DNA from: Oopsacas minuta
Taxonomy: Eukaryota; Animalia; Porifera
Assembly: GCA_024704765.1 (NCBI GenBank)
Contig: JAKMXF010000133.1
Span: 682,001 to 746,000 of the forward strand
Reading direction: 5' to 3'
DNA: 64,000 bases
Shown here: piece after piece, positions 1 through 10,190 of the stretch
How the letters are laid out: each line of letters starts with the position of its first letter
Numbering within the stretch: position 1 is the stretch's first letter
Position numbers and translations under genes: made by a program
The notes under the pieces: model-generated
Told to the model about the DNA's origin: nothing
Seen by the model: the letters and a program-made list of their open reading frames with translations, nothing else
Database searches by the model: none

Positions 1-505
1 ATTCGAGACCTGCTTCATCTGCTACCTCCTGCATCAAGTTATCTACCTGTGTTTCTGGTACGTTCAGTACTGTGGTTCCTTGCATAGCCTCGTCCATGAC
101 CTGGGTCTGTACATCCAGGTGCTCGAATTGACGCTCAAAATCGTCCATTAGTTTCGTGACTTTTTCTAGATTCATAGACTTCATAGCGGACTCCATGGCT
201 GATACCACACCCCCCATTGATTTGGTAACCTGCTGCATGGTGACAGCTGTTTGTACACGTTGTGAGACTGCATCCACGCGGGAGGACATACGGCGATAGT
301 TGAGAGCTTGGTTCTTCTGTCTGATAGCATTCTCAGCGTGTATACGAGCACCTTCTAGGTTACTCTTCTGTATAGCTTTCTTAAGTTTAGTTTTCTCACC
401 CTTTTCGTCTTTCTCGCACTTGACGGCGTTTCTCTCCAGCTGTTTAGCAGCTAGTCTTAGATTGAATAAGTTATCTTGCATTTTCTGGGCATTGCTCTTG
501 AACAT
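1..505 (-). CDS. CHMP1: Charged multivesicular body protein 1 (ESCRT-III, CHMP1/Did2 family), 3' end runs off the window
   Basis: Manual minus-strand translation from ATG at 505: MFKSNAQKMQDNLFNLRLAAKQLERNAVKCEKDEKGEKTKLKKAIQKSNLEGARIHAENAIRQKNQALNYRRMSSRVDAVSQRVQTAVTM...MNLEKVTKLMDDFERQFEHLDVQT; in-frame TAA six codons upstream; not in the ORF track because it is open at the edge. Confidence 0.93.
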   Translation of the reverse strand, partial: MFKSNAQKMQDNLFNLRLAAKQLERNAVKCEKDEKGEKTKLKKAIQKSNLEGARIHAENAIRQKNQALNYRRMSSRVDAVSQRVQTAVTMQQVTKSMGGVVSAMESAMKSMNLEKVTKLMDDFERQFEHLDVQTQVMDEAMQGTTVLNVPETQVDNLMQEVADEAGLE

Positions 506-1206
506 TTTGATAATCTCTTGTTATACGAGGGAGATAAGCTACAAATAATGAATAGAATTAACTCAACCATCAAATGAATTGTATAACATATTAACTAAAT
601 TTTCACTGAATTGACATAATCAATTCCTCCTCTAACTCTTGGGCACAATTTTACTGAGAAATTTTTAATGAATATTCATCTAGTTTCGAGATACACACTA
701 GACTCCGTTTAATAAGTTCACATCAGGACCAGGCCATTTTGGCCGTATTAACCCGAATAGAGGTGCTGGCCCGATTAACCGAAGTAAATTGCCAAGTGAC
801 CCGATTAACCGGGTGCTCTATTAAGCTGAGTCTACAATATGGAAATAATTTGGATAGAAACAGAAATTTCACGAAATATTTCGTATAACGTGTGTGTAAT
901 GACATGAATGACATCTTGAACCAATTCAAGATTTAATTCATATGGACAGTGTCTACAATGAGTAATATCTGATATACGCATATAGCGGACGAATAGGATA
1001 TCAGAGTCCAGAATTCGTACATAATGAGACTGCTAAATAGAGAGTGTACACGCAATATCAAAGTAACTTGGAAGATGTATCGCATCAACACATTAAAGTA
1101 AATGTTCTGTGAGAAGTGAACAAACAGAAGCACAGCTGTCAGTCCAATTGTCAGTTGTCAAATGACACCTGACATGAGTTACAGATTGGTAAAATGTTCG
1201 GGTTGC

Positions 1207-3075
1207 TTATTGAAACTTTTGTTTCCGTCTACAATTAGATTTACTGGGTCTAGCTACCCTGCAGGTAGCACTAACTGCTCTTCTAGATCCCTGGTGTTTC
1301 AAAATCTGACACTTAGCCATTTCTTGCTTATACTCCTCATCCAGCATTTTTACATAACAGCAAGGTGAACAACTGGTTGCTGCAGCCGAAAAAAACTGCG
1401 CGTACCCTCCATTGAGTACATACAGCTCTGGGTAATGAAGTTTCGGGAAGGTAGCCTCATTCAATTTCCGGTCTTCATTCCTGAGATATCTATATTGACT
1501 AGGGCCTCTCATGGTAGAAAATTCGCAGTAAAACACTACAATATGTCTCAGGTTAGAAATACGTATATAAGTTGACTTCAAAAAGAATTCATACATCAAT
1601 TGCTCTGTCCATATATTGAGAGCTGTATTTATGTGTCCACCTTTATACTCGTAAGGATAACGTGCATCTACGATAATCAGATTTGAAATGTGCTGTGAAA
1701 ACTCTCCAGCTAGTACTCGTACTAGTGTGATTGGTTCAATAGTCTTTAAGTCTGGATTAGTACCACCACGGATAACAGGTAGAAGATGAGACTCACTGTT
1801 GTCACCGATTAGCTCATCACTGTTATTGGAGTTGAATGACGTATTAGCGGGAGATGAATTAGAACGTAAGACAAGCTGTGTAACAGCTGGAGAGACATGG
1901 AAATCAGGGGGAGTGCTTCCCCCCCGACACACCCTCTTAGGCTGTAAATTAAAAGGACTATTCTGTGTAGAGTTAGTTGCACACGCTGTAGGACACCATA
2001 TTCTACTGTTGATAGTTAGACTCTCAGCTGAGTCAGAAGATGGCGGACTGGGTAGCGAGGGGGCAGAACGCACCTTCTTCCAACGGGTCTGAGGCCGTGT
2101 AGGCGTATGATTATCATTTCTGAAATTAGAAGTAGTCTTAGTTTTGATATCTTCTTTCATTTTGTTCTCAAATGTAACTCTCTTCTGTACAGGCCTGGTT
2201 TTACCAGATCCTCCCCAATGAGGGACGATTTGAGTCGGTGTTATTGCAGAGACTACACCTCTAGCTATAGAGTTCTCTTTCTCTGAACTCACTTCATTCA
2301 CTTTCAAGAACTCTGTTTTACATTCCTTCTGTGCACATACGTTACCAACCACACAATCAGTGAGAGGTTGGCTGATTGTGTGATCTCCCAGCTGATAGGT
2401 AGACAGACAGAACTTATTCGTGGGGTCCTTAAGGGGACTGTTGGACTTAGAAGAAGGGGAAGGTTTATGTGATATAATCTTACCAGTCAGTAAGGTGTCA
2501 AAATCCGCAATCTTAGGTCCAGGAGATGTACGAGTAGTGACACTATTCTCCAGGGTGTTCTGAAATGTGGTCAGCTGTTCAAAGAACAAATCATCATCAC
2601 TATTGAGAGAGGACACCGATGAGGATGAGGAGATGTTCTTTGGGTGTGACAAGCTGGTGGGAGTAGCTTTATGATGTGAGTTATGACCTGATTGCAAGGT
2701 AGAGATTGAGTTTTTTACTAGTGGGGATTCTTTGTGGGGTAAAGATGATACTAATCTATTTTGTGTTTTCATAAGCCCGTGAGGACTCTGTTGTAGACTT
2801 CTTTTAGGTGAAGGGGAGGTGATTACGGGTGCAGAATGGTCCACAATGGTATAGGTCTTAGGAGGACGTACTTTTATAATATCTGAGTATGAATCATTTG
2901 CAAAAGTAGGGGTTGAAGTCGATGCCTTTATTTCAGAGTTATTTTGCTCTGGGGGCGATGTTTCATTACTGCTCGGGAGAGTAAAGCTATCGGAAACGGA
3001 GAAGAGCATACATCTTGGAGTAGAATCGAATATACTAAGGGTGCTATCGTTACATGAACCGAGTGTGTTGTCCAT
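1207..3075 (-). CDS. CDC25: M-phase inducer phosphatase (Cdc25 family), intronless
   Basis: C-terminal rhodanese domain with IIVDARYPYEYKGGHI, VFYCEFSTMRGP (CX5R) and LHYPELYVLNGGY; long Ser/Pro-rich N-terminal regulatory region. Confidence 0.92.
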   Translation of the reverse strand: MDNTLGSCNDSTLSIFDSTPRCMLFSVSDSFTLPSSNETSPPEQNNSEIKASTSTPTFANDSYSDIIKVRPPKTYTIVDHSAPVITSPSPKRSLQQSPHGLMKTQNRLVSSLPHKESPLVKNSISTLQSGHNSHHKATPTSLSHPKNISSSSSVSSLNSDDDLFFEQLTTFQNTLENSVTTRTSPGPKIADFDTLLTGKIISHKPSPSSKSNSPLKDPTNKFCLSTYQLGDHTISQPLTDCVVGNVCAQKECKTEFLKVNEVSSEKENSIARGVVSAITPTQIVPHWGGSGKTRPVQKRVTFENKMKEDIKTKTTSNFRNDNHTPTRPQTRWKKVRSAPSLPSPPSSDSAESLTINSRIWCPTACATNSTQNSPFNLQPKRVCRGGSTPPDFHVSPAVTQLVLRSNSSPANTSFNSNNSDELIGDNSESHLLPVIRGGTNPDLKTIEPITLVRVLAGEFSQHISNLIIVDARYPYEYKGGHINTALNIWTEQLMYEFFLKSTYIRISNLRHIVVFYCEFSTMRGPSQYRYLRNEDRKLNEATFPKLHYPELYVLNGGYAQFFSAAATSCSPCCYVKMLDEEYKQEMAKCQILKHQGSRRAVSATCRVARPSKSNCRRKQKFQ

Positions 3076-3428
3076 ATTTGACGAAGTATTTAGTGAAAGT
3101 TAACTAGCCTAATTACTAATTCACTTTGGCAGACAGTATTTATTGGGTTCTTACTGTGTAATTTGTAAGGGGAAATACGACAATTACTGGAAAGCATTGA
3201 AATCAGCATGCGTGATGTGTGCTCAATGAAACCAATGGTGATAGGCACAGATAACAGGTGATCAGATGTAAATATAGTTTGAAGTTTCAGTTTACTTCTG
3301 TTTATTGATTTTGAAAGGATTCAAAACATTTGTAATTCACCAATTAGTAAATAACGAATACGTAATAAAACTTAATAATGCAATTACTTTTATTGATTCT
3401 AAGTGCCATTTTATTGCTCATAAATAAA

Positions 3429-4028
3429 TCAGGAGGATGCGTCTTCCTCACGAGATCTTTTCATTCTCATATTTTCCTCGTCAATTTTCTTAGTACTCAT
3501 TCCCAATATTCGCATATATAACTCAGGATTAGACTCCCTCATTATTTCTTGGTGAAGATAGAATGGTTTTTGTTTAGCTACAAATGTAGTGAAGAAAGCT
3601 CCAAACCCATCAGCTGGCTGATGTATATCAGACGCGTGTATGCGTGTCACACGTGTACGATAGAACAAGGTAGTAGTGTGAGCTGTGAATATTTCCTGTG
3701 TTTCATTATAATATAGATTATGTATGTAAGCTCGTGTTAGCAAATGCAACAGCCCAGTTGTACCCCAAGAAGCAAGCAAGGTTATACTCACAATCATAGA
3801 TTTACCTAACAGAGGGATGCCTTCCTTACCGAATGCAAGCAAGAATGGAGATATGGATAAAGCTGTAAAGCTTGAAACTAGTGAGACAAGTTTGATTGCT
3901 CTGACAGCTGGCGAAAATGGCCCAGAATATACAAGCTTAGACTGAGTATTACTTTCGTATCTTTTGGAATCTAACTTCCCAGATATAACAGATCGGATGG
4001 AATTTAACTTTATAATTCGAGACAGCAT
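3429..4028 (-). CDS. TMEM70: Transmembrane protein 70 (mitochondrial ATP synthase assembly factor)
   Basis: Basic presequence-like N-terminus, LVYSGPFSPAVRAIKLVSLVSS motif, two hydrophobic segments, TTGLLHLLTRAYI. Confidence 0.75.
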   Translation of the reverse strand: MLSRIIKLNSIRSVISGKLDSKRYESNTQSKLVYSGPFSPAVRAIKLVSLVSSFTALSISPFLLAFGKEGIPLLGKSMIVSITLLASWGTTGLLHLLTRAYIHNLYYNETQEIFTAHTTTLFYRTRVTRIHASDIHQPADGFGAFFTTFVAKQKPFYLHQEIMRESNPELYMRILGMSTKKIDEENMRMKRSREEDASS

Positions 4029-4485
4029 TCAACTAACTACAATGTGTTATCTAATTAGTGCTAATTATACGTTGTTTATAGATAATTGTAAATTTACTAC
4101 TTTAGCATATGTGAATAATCAATGAAAAATATAATTGTAAAGAAATAACTTTACTTACCTGTAAATTAGATAAACAAATCAAAATAGTTTTGTTGTAATT
4201 ATAAATATTCTATACGAAGCCTGGCTTAAATAGAGCAGCCTATTCTATAAATAGTAACAAATGTTTTAGGCAATATATTAAAATACAAATAATCACAAGA
4301 CAGAAACCAACACTGTAGTCATCTATATTATAAACCCTTGTATGAATTTAATAGTAATTATAGGTATTTAATTTCGTAATTAGCAAGTTGATGATGTCGC
4401 ACTGTATCACTATTTTCTTGTTATCCAATATAATTCGCCTTGCAGTATCCTTTTATAGTAGCTTTCTGTTTGAACATACACTAGT

Positions 4486-7400
4486 ATGGACCTGTCGTTA
4501 GCTAATACTACAGTGCTACCAGGTGATATAGTAGGGAAGTGTGATAGAGATACAGTACTATCTTTAGGACCTGGTCTACAACAGAGAGAGGATGGAGATG
4601 TGGTAGCTATAAAACCAGGGTTACTAAAGCATGATAGAAGTAAATACTGGATTGATACACCAGAAAAGCGAGTATGTTATATTTATGTTACATAAATAAA
4701 TAATTATTCCTTCTCTATCCTTTAGTATGTTCCAATGCTTGGAGATATGGTTATAGGAATCATTACTGGGAAGATGGGGGAGAGTTTTAAAGTGGATATT
4801 GGGGCCTATTTGCCCGCACAGTTATCTTTTTATGCTTTTGAAGGCGCGACTAAGAAGAACAAACCCGATTTGAAGGTGAGCTACAACACTATAGTACTAG
4901 ATACGTATTTATATTACTCTAGGTTTGTAGCTGATTGCTAAGTTATTATGGGCGTAGGCCACATTATAGATGAATGAATCTTGGAAGATAAGAGGAGGAT
5001 CCAGACCCGATCCCATCCTCCTGCCCACTTTTTGAATTTTCTGCCGGTGTGAACACTTTTTAGACCTGGGGCTCAAACATGGCCACAACGAACCCCCCTG
5101 AATCCGACTCTTGTAAAGCTATGCTTGACTCCTCGTGTAAGAATAAACTCTGAACATACCAATTTTGATAATGATCGTGATAGGTCAAAATATATTTCGT
5201 AACACTTTACGTATATGGTAGTCACACACTTACATTGCAACTCGTGGAGTGTGATTAGGCATAGTATCTATGTATTGAAACACTACATATTTATCAGGAA
5301 ACATTGTTGCGTAAATAAATGGCAACTCCAACAACTTCACACTGCTACAAGATAGGGACTGAATACCCTTGTGGATATGGAATAATTATTGTGAATACGT
5401 TCGAGAATAGCGATTATGAAAGGAGAGGAGCTGAAGTAGAGAAAGAAGATCTGAGGTCTCTTTTCAAGAATCTTCGCTTGAAGCTAATATTGTATACCAA
5501 CTTATCAGCTAAAGAAATTATTCAGAATTTGACTGACATTTCAAAGAACAATGATCTTTTCGATCATTCAGTTTTGGTAGTTGCAATATCTTCTCACGGA
5601 TCAGCCACTGGTCTGTATGGTGCTGAAATACCAGGGGAAGAATCTAATTTAGTTTCACACAAGGAAATATCTTCTATATTTTCAAGCGGAAATTGTTCTT
5701 TGTTAGTTGGTAAACCTAAAGTATTTATTTTCAACGCATGTAGACGTTATGCTGATAATGTGGATGACGAAAGTAGTGACCGCCAATTCGGGGTGAGTTT
5801 TTCTCAAGAACAAATATTTACAGATGAACAATGTTTGAAGGAGAGCAAACGCGGAACTCTAAACTCAGATATTTTCAATATATATTCTTGTTTGGAAGGT
5901 TTCGTGTCTCTTCGGTCAAGCAAGAGAGGATCACTCTTCATTTCTACCCTGTGTGAAGTATGGAAGGAGTTTGGAAATTCTAAATCTCTCGCGGATATTG
6001 TCACCCACGTGAATAGGAGATTAATCGAGAGGTGTGCTGTATCGAATGATGAGAATGAAGGTTGTGACTGGTCTCAGTGCTGTTTCTGTGACAGCACTCT
6101 AACTTCTGAATTAAGACTGGGAAGGTCTAACGAAGAATCAATTGAGATTGATTCAAGACCTTACCTAAGAAAGAAAGGAAAAGAAGGTCAGAGATGCCAA
6201 AAAAGAAATTCCTTTAGAAATGATAAATACGACAAACATCACGGGAATAGACGGACAGTGAAACCTTCAAGCAAAGACGTAATAAAAATACAATCTCAAT
6301 TTAACAGCTTGCCATCAGAGGAGGCAGAAATTCAAGAGACAGAACTTCAATCCTTAAGCATTCACTCCAAACAAGAAATTGAAATACTTTCTCCATCTGA
6401 TTCCACTATGCTACCCCAAATTAAAAATCCTCCAGCATTTAATCCTCCTGTAGATCTTATATCTAAACCTCCTCCTATGGATATTCTACCAGCTAGTAAA
6501 TGTACTGAGTTCTTATTATGTGGTACAGCATTCGACGAAGTGAACACGGTTTTTATTGCGGATGGTGTGAATGCACGTGTTTGGTGCTGTGACGTCACAC
6601 ACGACTCATTTCCTGGATTCATCTACGATCCTATTTTCGACGCCCAAATACCTTATGCAGTTGTAGCAGATGACAACTTCATTATTGTTACATGTGGAAC
6701 TACTTTGTTAGCTTTTGATGCCGGAACATTCGTAAAAGTTGAAAAATATGAAAATAAACTGGGAAATTTCTCAGGCATTGATATCAATTGGAACAAAGTG
6801 TACGCAGCAAGTAATTTTCTAACATTCGCTATTTATACAGGATCTTACTCATTAGACATGAAAGAGATACCAATGTGTTTAGATGGTTCAAATCTAAAAC
6901 ATGATTTGCATCTGTTAGACTTAAAAGTATCATTGTCATCTATAATACTTCTCTTCAACAATACTACAAATCCTCTATGTGTGTTCAATAAAGAAGGAAT
7001 ATTCCTGAATGTTATCCTACAAACACCAGTCGTGTGTAGCTATAGGTTCTTCACTATGGATCATTTCAACGGTACAATCCTGCTTGGAGAGGAGACAGGG
7101 GGTCATATATTGATAATAGATCTAGATAAACAAGTGTGGACTAAGTATGCATATCCACAGCTGATAGGGCATAAATTGGGAGGTTTATCTCTGCTTGCTC
7201 CAAATTTACTATTCGTAGCAGTTAATACTGACAAGATACCAGGAGATCTGTCGAAGCAGTGTCTTATGCTAAATCTAGAAATATCTTAATTCGTTATATC
7301 TCTATACTTCTACATTCGTATTTATATTATTTATTTACTCTAATTTACTATATCATATATTGTGTCTATTTTATTAATCTCTTAGGTAGGCAGTTTAGTG

Positions 7401-7838
7401 TATGGGAAGCTAACCTCTGTGATAAGAGAGATAGAACCAGTAATGGAGTGTGTACACAGGTCAGGTAAGGCTAGGTTGATGGGACAGCTAGAGGAGGGGT
7501 ACATGGTACGATGTCCCCTACATGTAACCAGGAGGTAAGTAACCATTTAACAACAAGATATGATATACAGCGGAGTTGTGTTTGGCAATGAATGAATGTG
7601 AATTTCGTATAAGATAATGTCTAAAATATTGCGTAGTTTACTTGTGAAAGATTCTCCTCTACTCCATCTGCTACAAGACAACTATACCTTCGAGATAGCT
7701 GTAGGAATGAATGGGAGAGTATGGCTAGACACGAGTAAAATAAAAGATATGGTTAAGCTAGTTAATCTCATTCAAGATTCTGAATTTTCTTCTATGGAAC
7801 AGTTAGGCGAAGCTATTAGAAGCAAAAAATTCGAATAA
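4486..7838 (+). CDS. EXOSC3: Exosome complex component RRP40; 4 exons join(4486..4671,4726..4875,7386..7534,7637..7838), about 228 aa
   Basis: GT-AG introns of 54, 2510 and 102 nt keep the frame: VLPGD...LGPGL...KYWIDTPEKR/YVPMLGDMVIGII...FEGATKKNKPDLK/VGSLVYGKL...EPVMECV...GYMVRCPLHVTRS/LLVKDSPLL...FEIAVGMNGRVW; all are RRP40 hallmark blocks. Confidence 0.93.
5319..7289 (+). CDS. Caspase (peptidase C14A) with N-terminal catalytic domain and C-terminal degenerate NHL-like beta-propeller; nested in EXOSC3 intron 2
   Basis: GIIIVN, RRGAEVE, VVAISSHG, LVGKPKVFIFNACR, SDIFNIYSCLEGFVSLRSSKRGSLFISTLC and STLTSELRL match caspase p20/p10 blocks; the last ~260 aa are repeated beta-strand blades (VFIADGVNARVW, NPLCVFNKEG, FFTMDHFNGTILLGE). 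Confidence 0.88.
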   Translation: MATPTTSHCYKIGTEYPCGYGIIIVNTFENSDYERRGAEVEKEDLRSLFKNLRLKLILYTNLSAKEIIQNLTDISKNNDLFDHSVLVVAISSHGSATGLYGAEIPGEESNLVSHKEISSIFSSGNCSLLVGKPKVFIFNACRRYADNVDDESSDRQFGVSFSQEQIFTDEQCLKESKRGTLNSDIFNIYSCLEGFVSLRSSKRGSLFISTLCEVWKEFGNSKSLADIVTHVNRRLIERCAVSNDENEGCDWSQCCFCDSTLTSELRLGRSNEESIEIDSRPYLRKKGKEGQRCQKRNSFRNDKYDKHHGNRRTVKPSSKDVIKIQSQFNSLPSEEAEIQETELQSLSIHSKQEIEILSPSDSTMLPQIKNPPAFNPPVDLISKPPPMDILPASKCTEFLLCGTAFDEVNTVFIADGVNARVWCCDVTHDSFPGFIYDPIFDAQIPYAVVADDNFIIVTCGTTLLAFDAGTFVKVEKYENKLGNFSGIDINWNKVYAASNFLTFAIYTGSYSLDMKEIPMCLDGSNLKHDLHLLDLKVSLSSIILLFNNTTNPLCVFNKEGIFLNVILQTPVVCSYRFFTMDHFNGTILLGEETGGHILIIDLDKQVWTKYAYPQLIGHKLGGLSLLAPNLLFVAVNTDKIPGDLSKQCLMLNLEIS

Positions 7839-8303
7839 ATCAATGTTAGTTATTCCTATTCAATCTCTTGAAATATAATGAATATACGTATGTATTTTTA
7901 TATATTTTGTGGATATAGTCATATGGTTATATGGCATATAGATTGAATCATAGGAAGCTATGCTTGAATATATTTATTATGTCACTGACTGTATAAGGTC
8001 ATAAGGAAGTTTCCATTTGTAAACATGATGATTTGGATATAATCAAAACTATGTGCTTGCATTATGTATTTATCCTTACAAACAGTAGAGTGATCAAATA
8101 AAATGGGGAAATAACGATTCACTTTAAGCAGCTATTATTTTTAGGAACCTCCGATGGGGGGCGATTATTCGAGGGTAATACGGTAGTTAAAATTGGGGAT
8201 CGTATGTACGTACTTAATAGAATTGAAAAAGCATCAAGTTAATTCTTAGAAGATGGCAATCCCTCCTTACATTCACATATTATAAATCAAATTAGCAATT
8301 TGA

Positions 8304-8692
8304 ATGGACGGAACTATAGGAAGTGATCCTAGAAGACCACAGAAAGTAAAAACATACGATTTTGTTAAAGATCCTCCTGAAGGGATTACTTCTAATGATA
8401 TCCTCAGTTTTATGGGTTTGATATTCAGTGTATTAGGGCTGTTATTGAAGGTAAACATGCCAGTATTTAATACAATATATATGATAATAAATGTATTTGT
8501 TTCTAGATAAAATATATCTGCTGGTTAGCAGTTTACTGTGTAATGATTCACTTCTGTAATTCTAGCTACAGAGAGGAAGGAAAGCAAACATTTAGCTTAG
8601 TTATGTGAGTTGTAACTGCATTCAATGATAATGAGGTACGTAATTATTATATCATCAGGGTTTCTCGAACTCTCTTGGTACAGTGTATATAA
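8304..8692 (+). CDS. WDR83OS: Asterix / PAT complex subunit (WDR83OS); exons 8304..8450, 8507..8604 and probably 8659..8692
   Basis: SDPRRPQKV...DILSFMGLIFSVLGLLLK/IKYICWLAVYCVMIHFCNSSYREEGKQ matches Asterix (SDPRRPNKV...[24 protein letters not shown]); GT-AG introns of 56 and 54 nt; the last exon boundary is uncertain. Confidence 0.82.
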
Positions 8693-9007
8693 TTAGTATA
8701 ATGACCACCACACTCAGATGAACTTACTTGTTCAGGTTTGGAAGTTTAGTTAAAATGGCTATATAACTTCAACTTGACGAAAAAATGACGTAAAATATCT
8801 CTGTGGTCAAATTTGGCCATATGACCACAGTTGAGAACCCTGATTATGTAATAAATACAAATTTCATATCATTATTCGGAAATGGAGGAAATTACGTTTC
8901 CCCATTCGTATAGTTCAAATACGAGTATCTCTAACCTAGAATTGTTGATATTTAATAATATTCTGCAGACACAATGAATAACAAAAATGAGAAAATAGAT
9001 ACAATAA

Positions 9008-10051
9008 TCAGCTGATTTCACTAGGCTTTATTTTATTCTTCTTCACAACTAGACTAGCTTTATTAGTCTGTTGTTTGGTTAGCTTTTCCTTTGCATCTAA
9101 CTCTAACTCCACATAATATATCATATCAGATAGAGTACCTTCTACCATGGATAAGTCAGCTGCTTGACAGAACGGTGTGTAATTAGGGTACCCCGTTGGT
9201 TCGTGTTTGAACGAGGGTCCGAAATTGGCAGTTACCCCAGCTGATCTGTACAGAGAGAAGCAAGGATAGTATCTTCCGTTATACAAGTCATTATAAGCTA
9301 CACCCTGTGATACACCGTTCTTATAGCAAATTATCTTACTGCCGATACAAGCAGTCAATTGCTTCTCTGTATCTTCAACGGTATCTTTCTCTTCGAAGTG
9401 TAGAAAGTTTTTGAATCTAATAAGTGCTCTGTCTTTATAACATGGAGGTACCATGGATGCTTTATTGCTAGCTGGTAGCTCAATTAAGAACCCTAGAATA
9501 TCTCCAGTATCATAACCATTACTGTAATGACTGCCTTTACTTTGATGGAAGGAAGTTCCTTTCTTGCTTCTCCAAGAATATCCGAACTTATCAAATCCAA
9601 GAGGTGTCTGTAAATTCGCATAATCCTGTCCCCACCCCAGTCTACATGCGCTCCCCTCAGCTGTGAGGTCATCTACTTTAACCTCAAAGTACCAACACCC
9701 TTGCCTTACACCGTGAGTAGATCTAGCCATGGAGTAGCCCTTGTCACCTGTCAGAGAGAGTCTGTCATCACTGATCTTCAGTTGTGGAGATCTGTCATTA
9801 AGAGATATGTATACTGCATTAGGATATGATACTCTATAGAGATGAGGGGGGATAGGACGTCCTGCTATCTCGTCCTCTTCCTCCTTCTTAGCATGAGGAT
9901 CCTCCTCTGCTAGTATGTATCTGTATCCGTCCTTATTGAAGGGATGCTCTAGAGGGTAACCATGTGCGGGTAGACGGAATGTGGTACAAGGTCCAACGCG
10001 GGCTTTCTTAGGCCCGAGGCTAGCTGTGTTATTTTCTGCACGTCGTTTCAT
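9008..10051 (-). CDS. ASH2L: Set1/COMPASS subunit ASH2-like (SPRY domain; N-terminal PHD/winged-helix absent)
   Basis: HGYPLEHPFNKDGYRYILAE, DRSPQLKISDDRL, GYSMARSTHGV, LQTPLGFDKFGYSWRSKKGTSFHQSKG and a C-terminal DPY30-binding-like helix. Confidence 0.93.
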   Translation of the reverse strand: MKRRAENNTASLGPKKARVGPCTTFRLPAHGYPLEHPFNKDGYRYILAEEDPHAKKEEEDEIAGRPIPPHLYRVSYPNAVYISLNDRSPQLKISDDRLSLTGDKGYSMARSTHGVRQGCWYFEVKVDDLTAEGSACRLGWGQDYANLQTPLGFDKFGYSWRSKKGTSFHQSKGSHYSNGYDTGDILGFLIELPASNKASMVPPCYKDRALIRFKNFLHFEEKDTVEDTEKQLTACIGSKIICYKNGVSQGVAYNDLYNGRYYPCFSLYRSAGVTANFGPSFKHEPTGYPNYTPFCQAADLSMVEGTLSDMIYYVELELDAKEKLTKQQTNKASLVVKKNKIKPSEIS

Positions 10052-10190
10052 AGGAGTTAATTACTATAAGAACTGAAATACTTCTGAATAATTAATAAGT
10101 TAGATTATATCAAATTTGGAGAATAAATAATAAATCGTTTATTTATTTAACGGAATTAAATTAATAAGTGATTTAACCAATAACACAATA

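Noticed and set aside
300-548. 82-aa plus-strand ORF and similar short ORFs overlapping real genes (e.g. 1799, 10861, 15889, 33217, 42488, 47963, 51636, 58109)
   Set aside because: They are antisense or alternate-frame shadows of well-supported genes with no recognisable motifs.
730-830. Repeated CCCGATTAACCG motifs (also inverted near 32305) as a regulatory array
   Set aside because: Only 2-3 imperfect copies; most simply explained as a decayed transposon fragment, and boundaries cannot be defined.
4150-4165. ACTTACCTG resembling the U1 snRNA 5' end
   Set aside because: No downstream U1 stem-loops or Sm site; it is better read as a minus-strand donor CAG|GTAAGT for a ~125-nt TMEM70 5'UTR intron.
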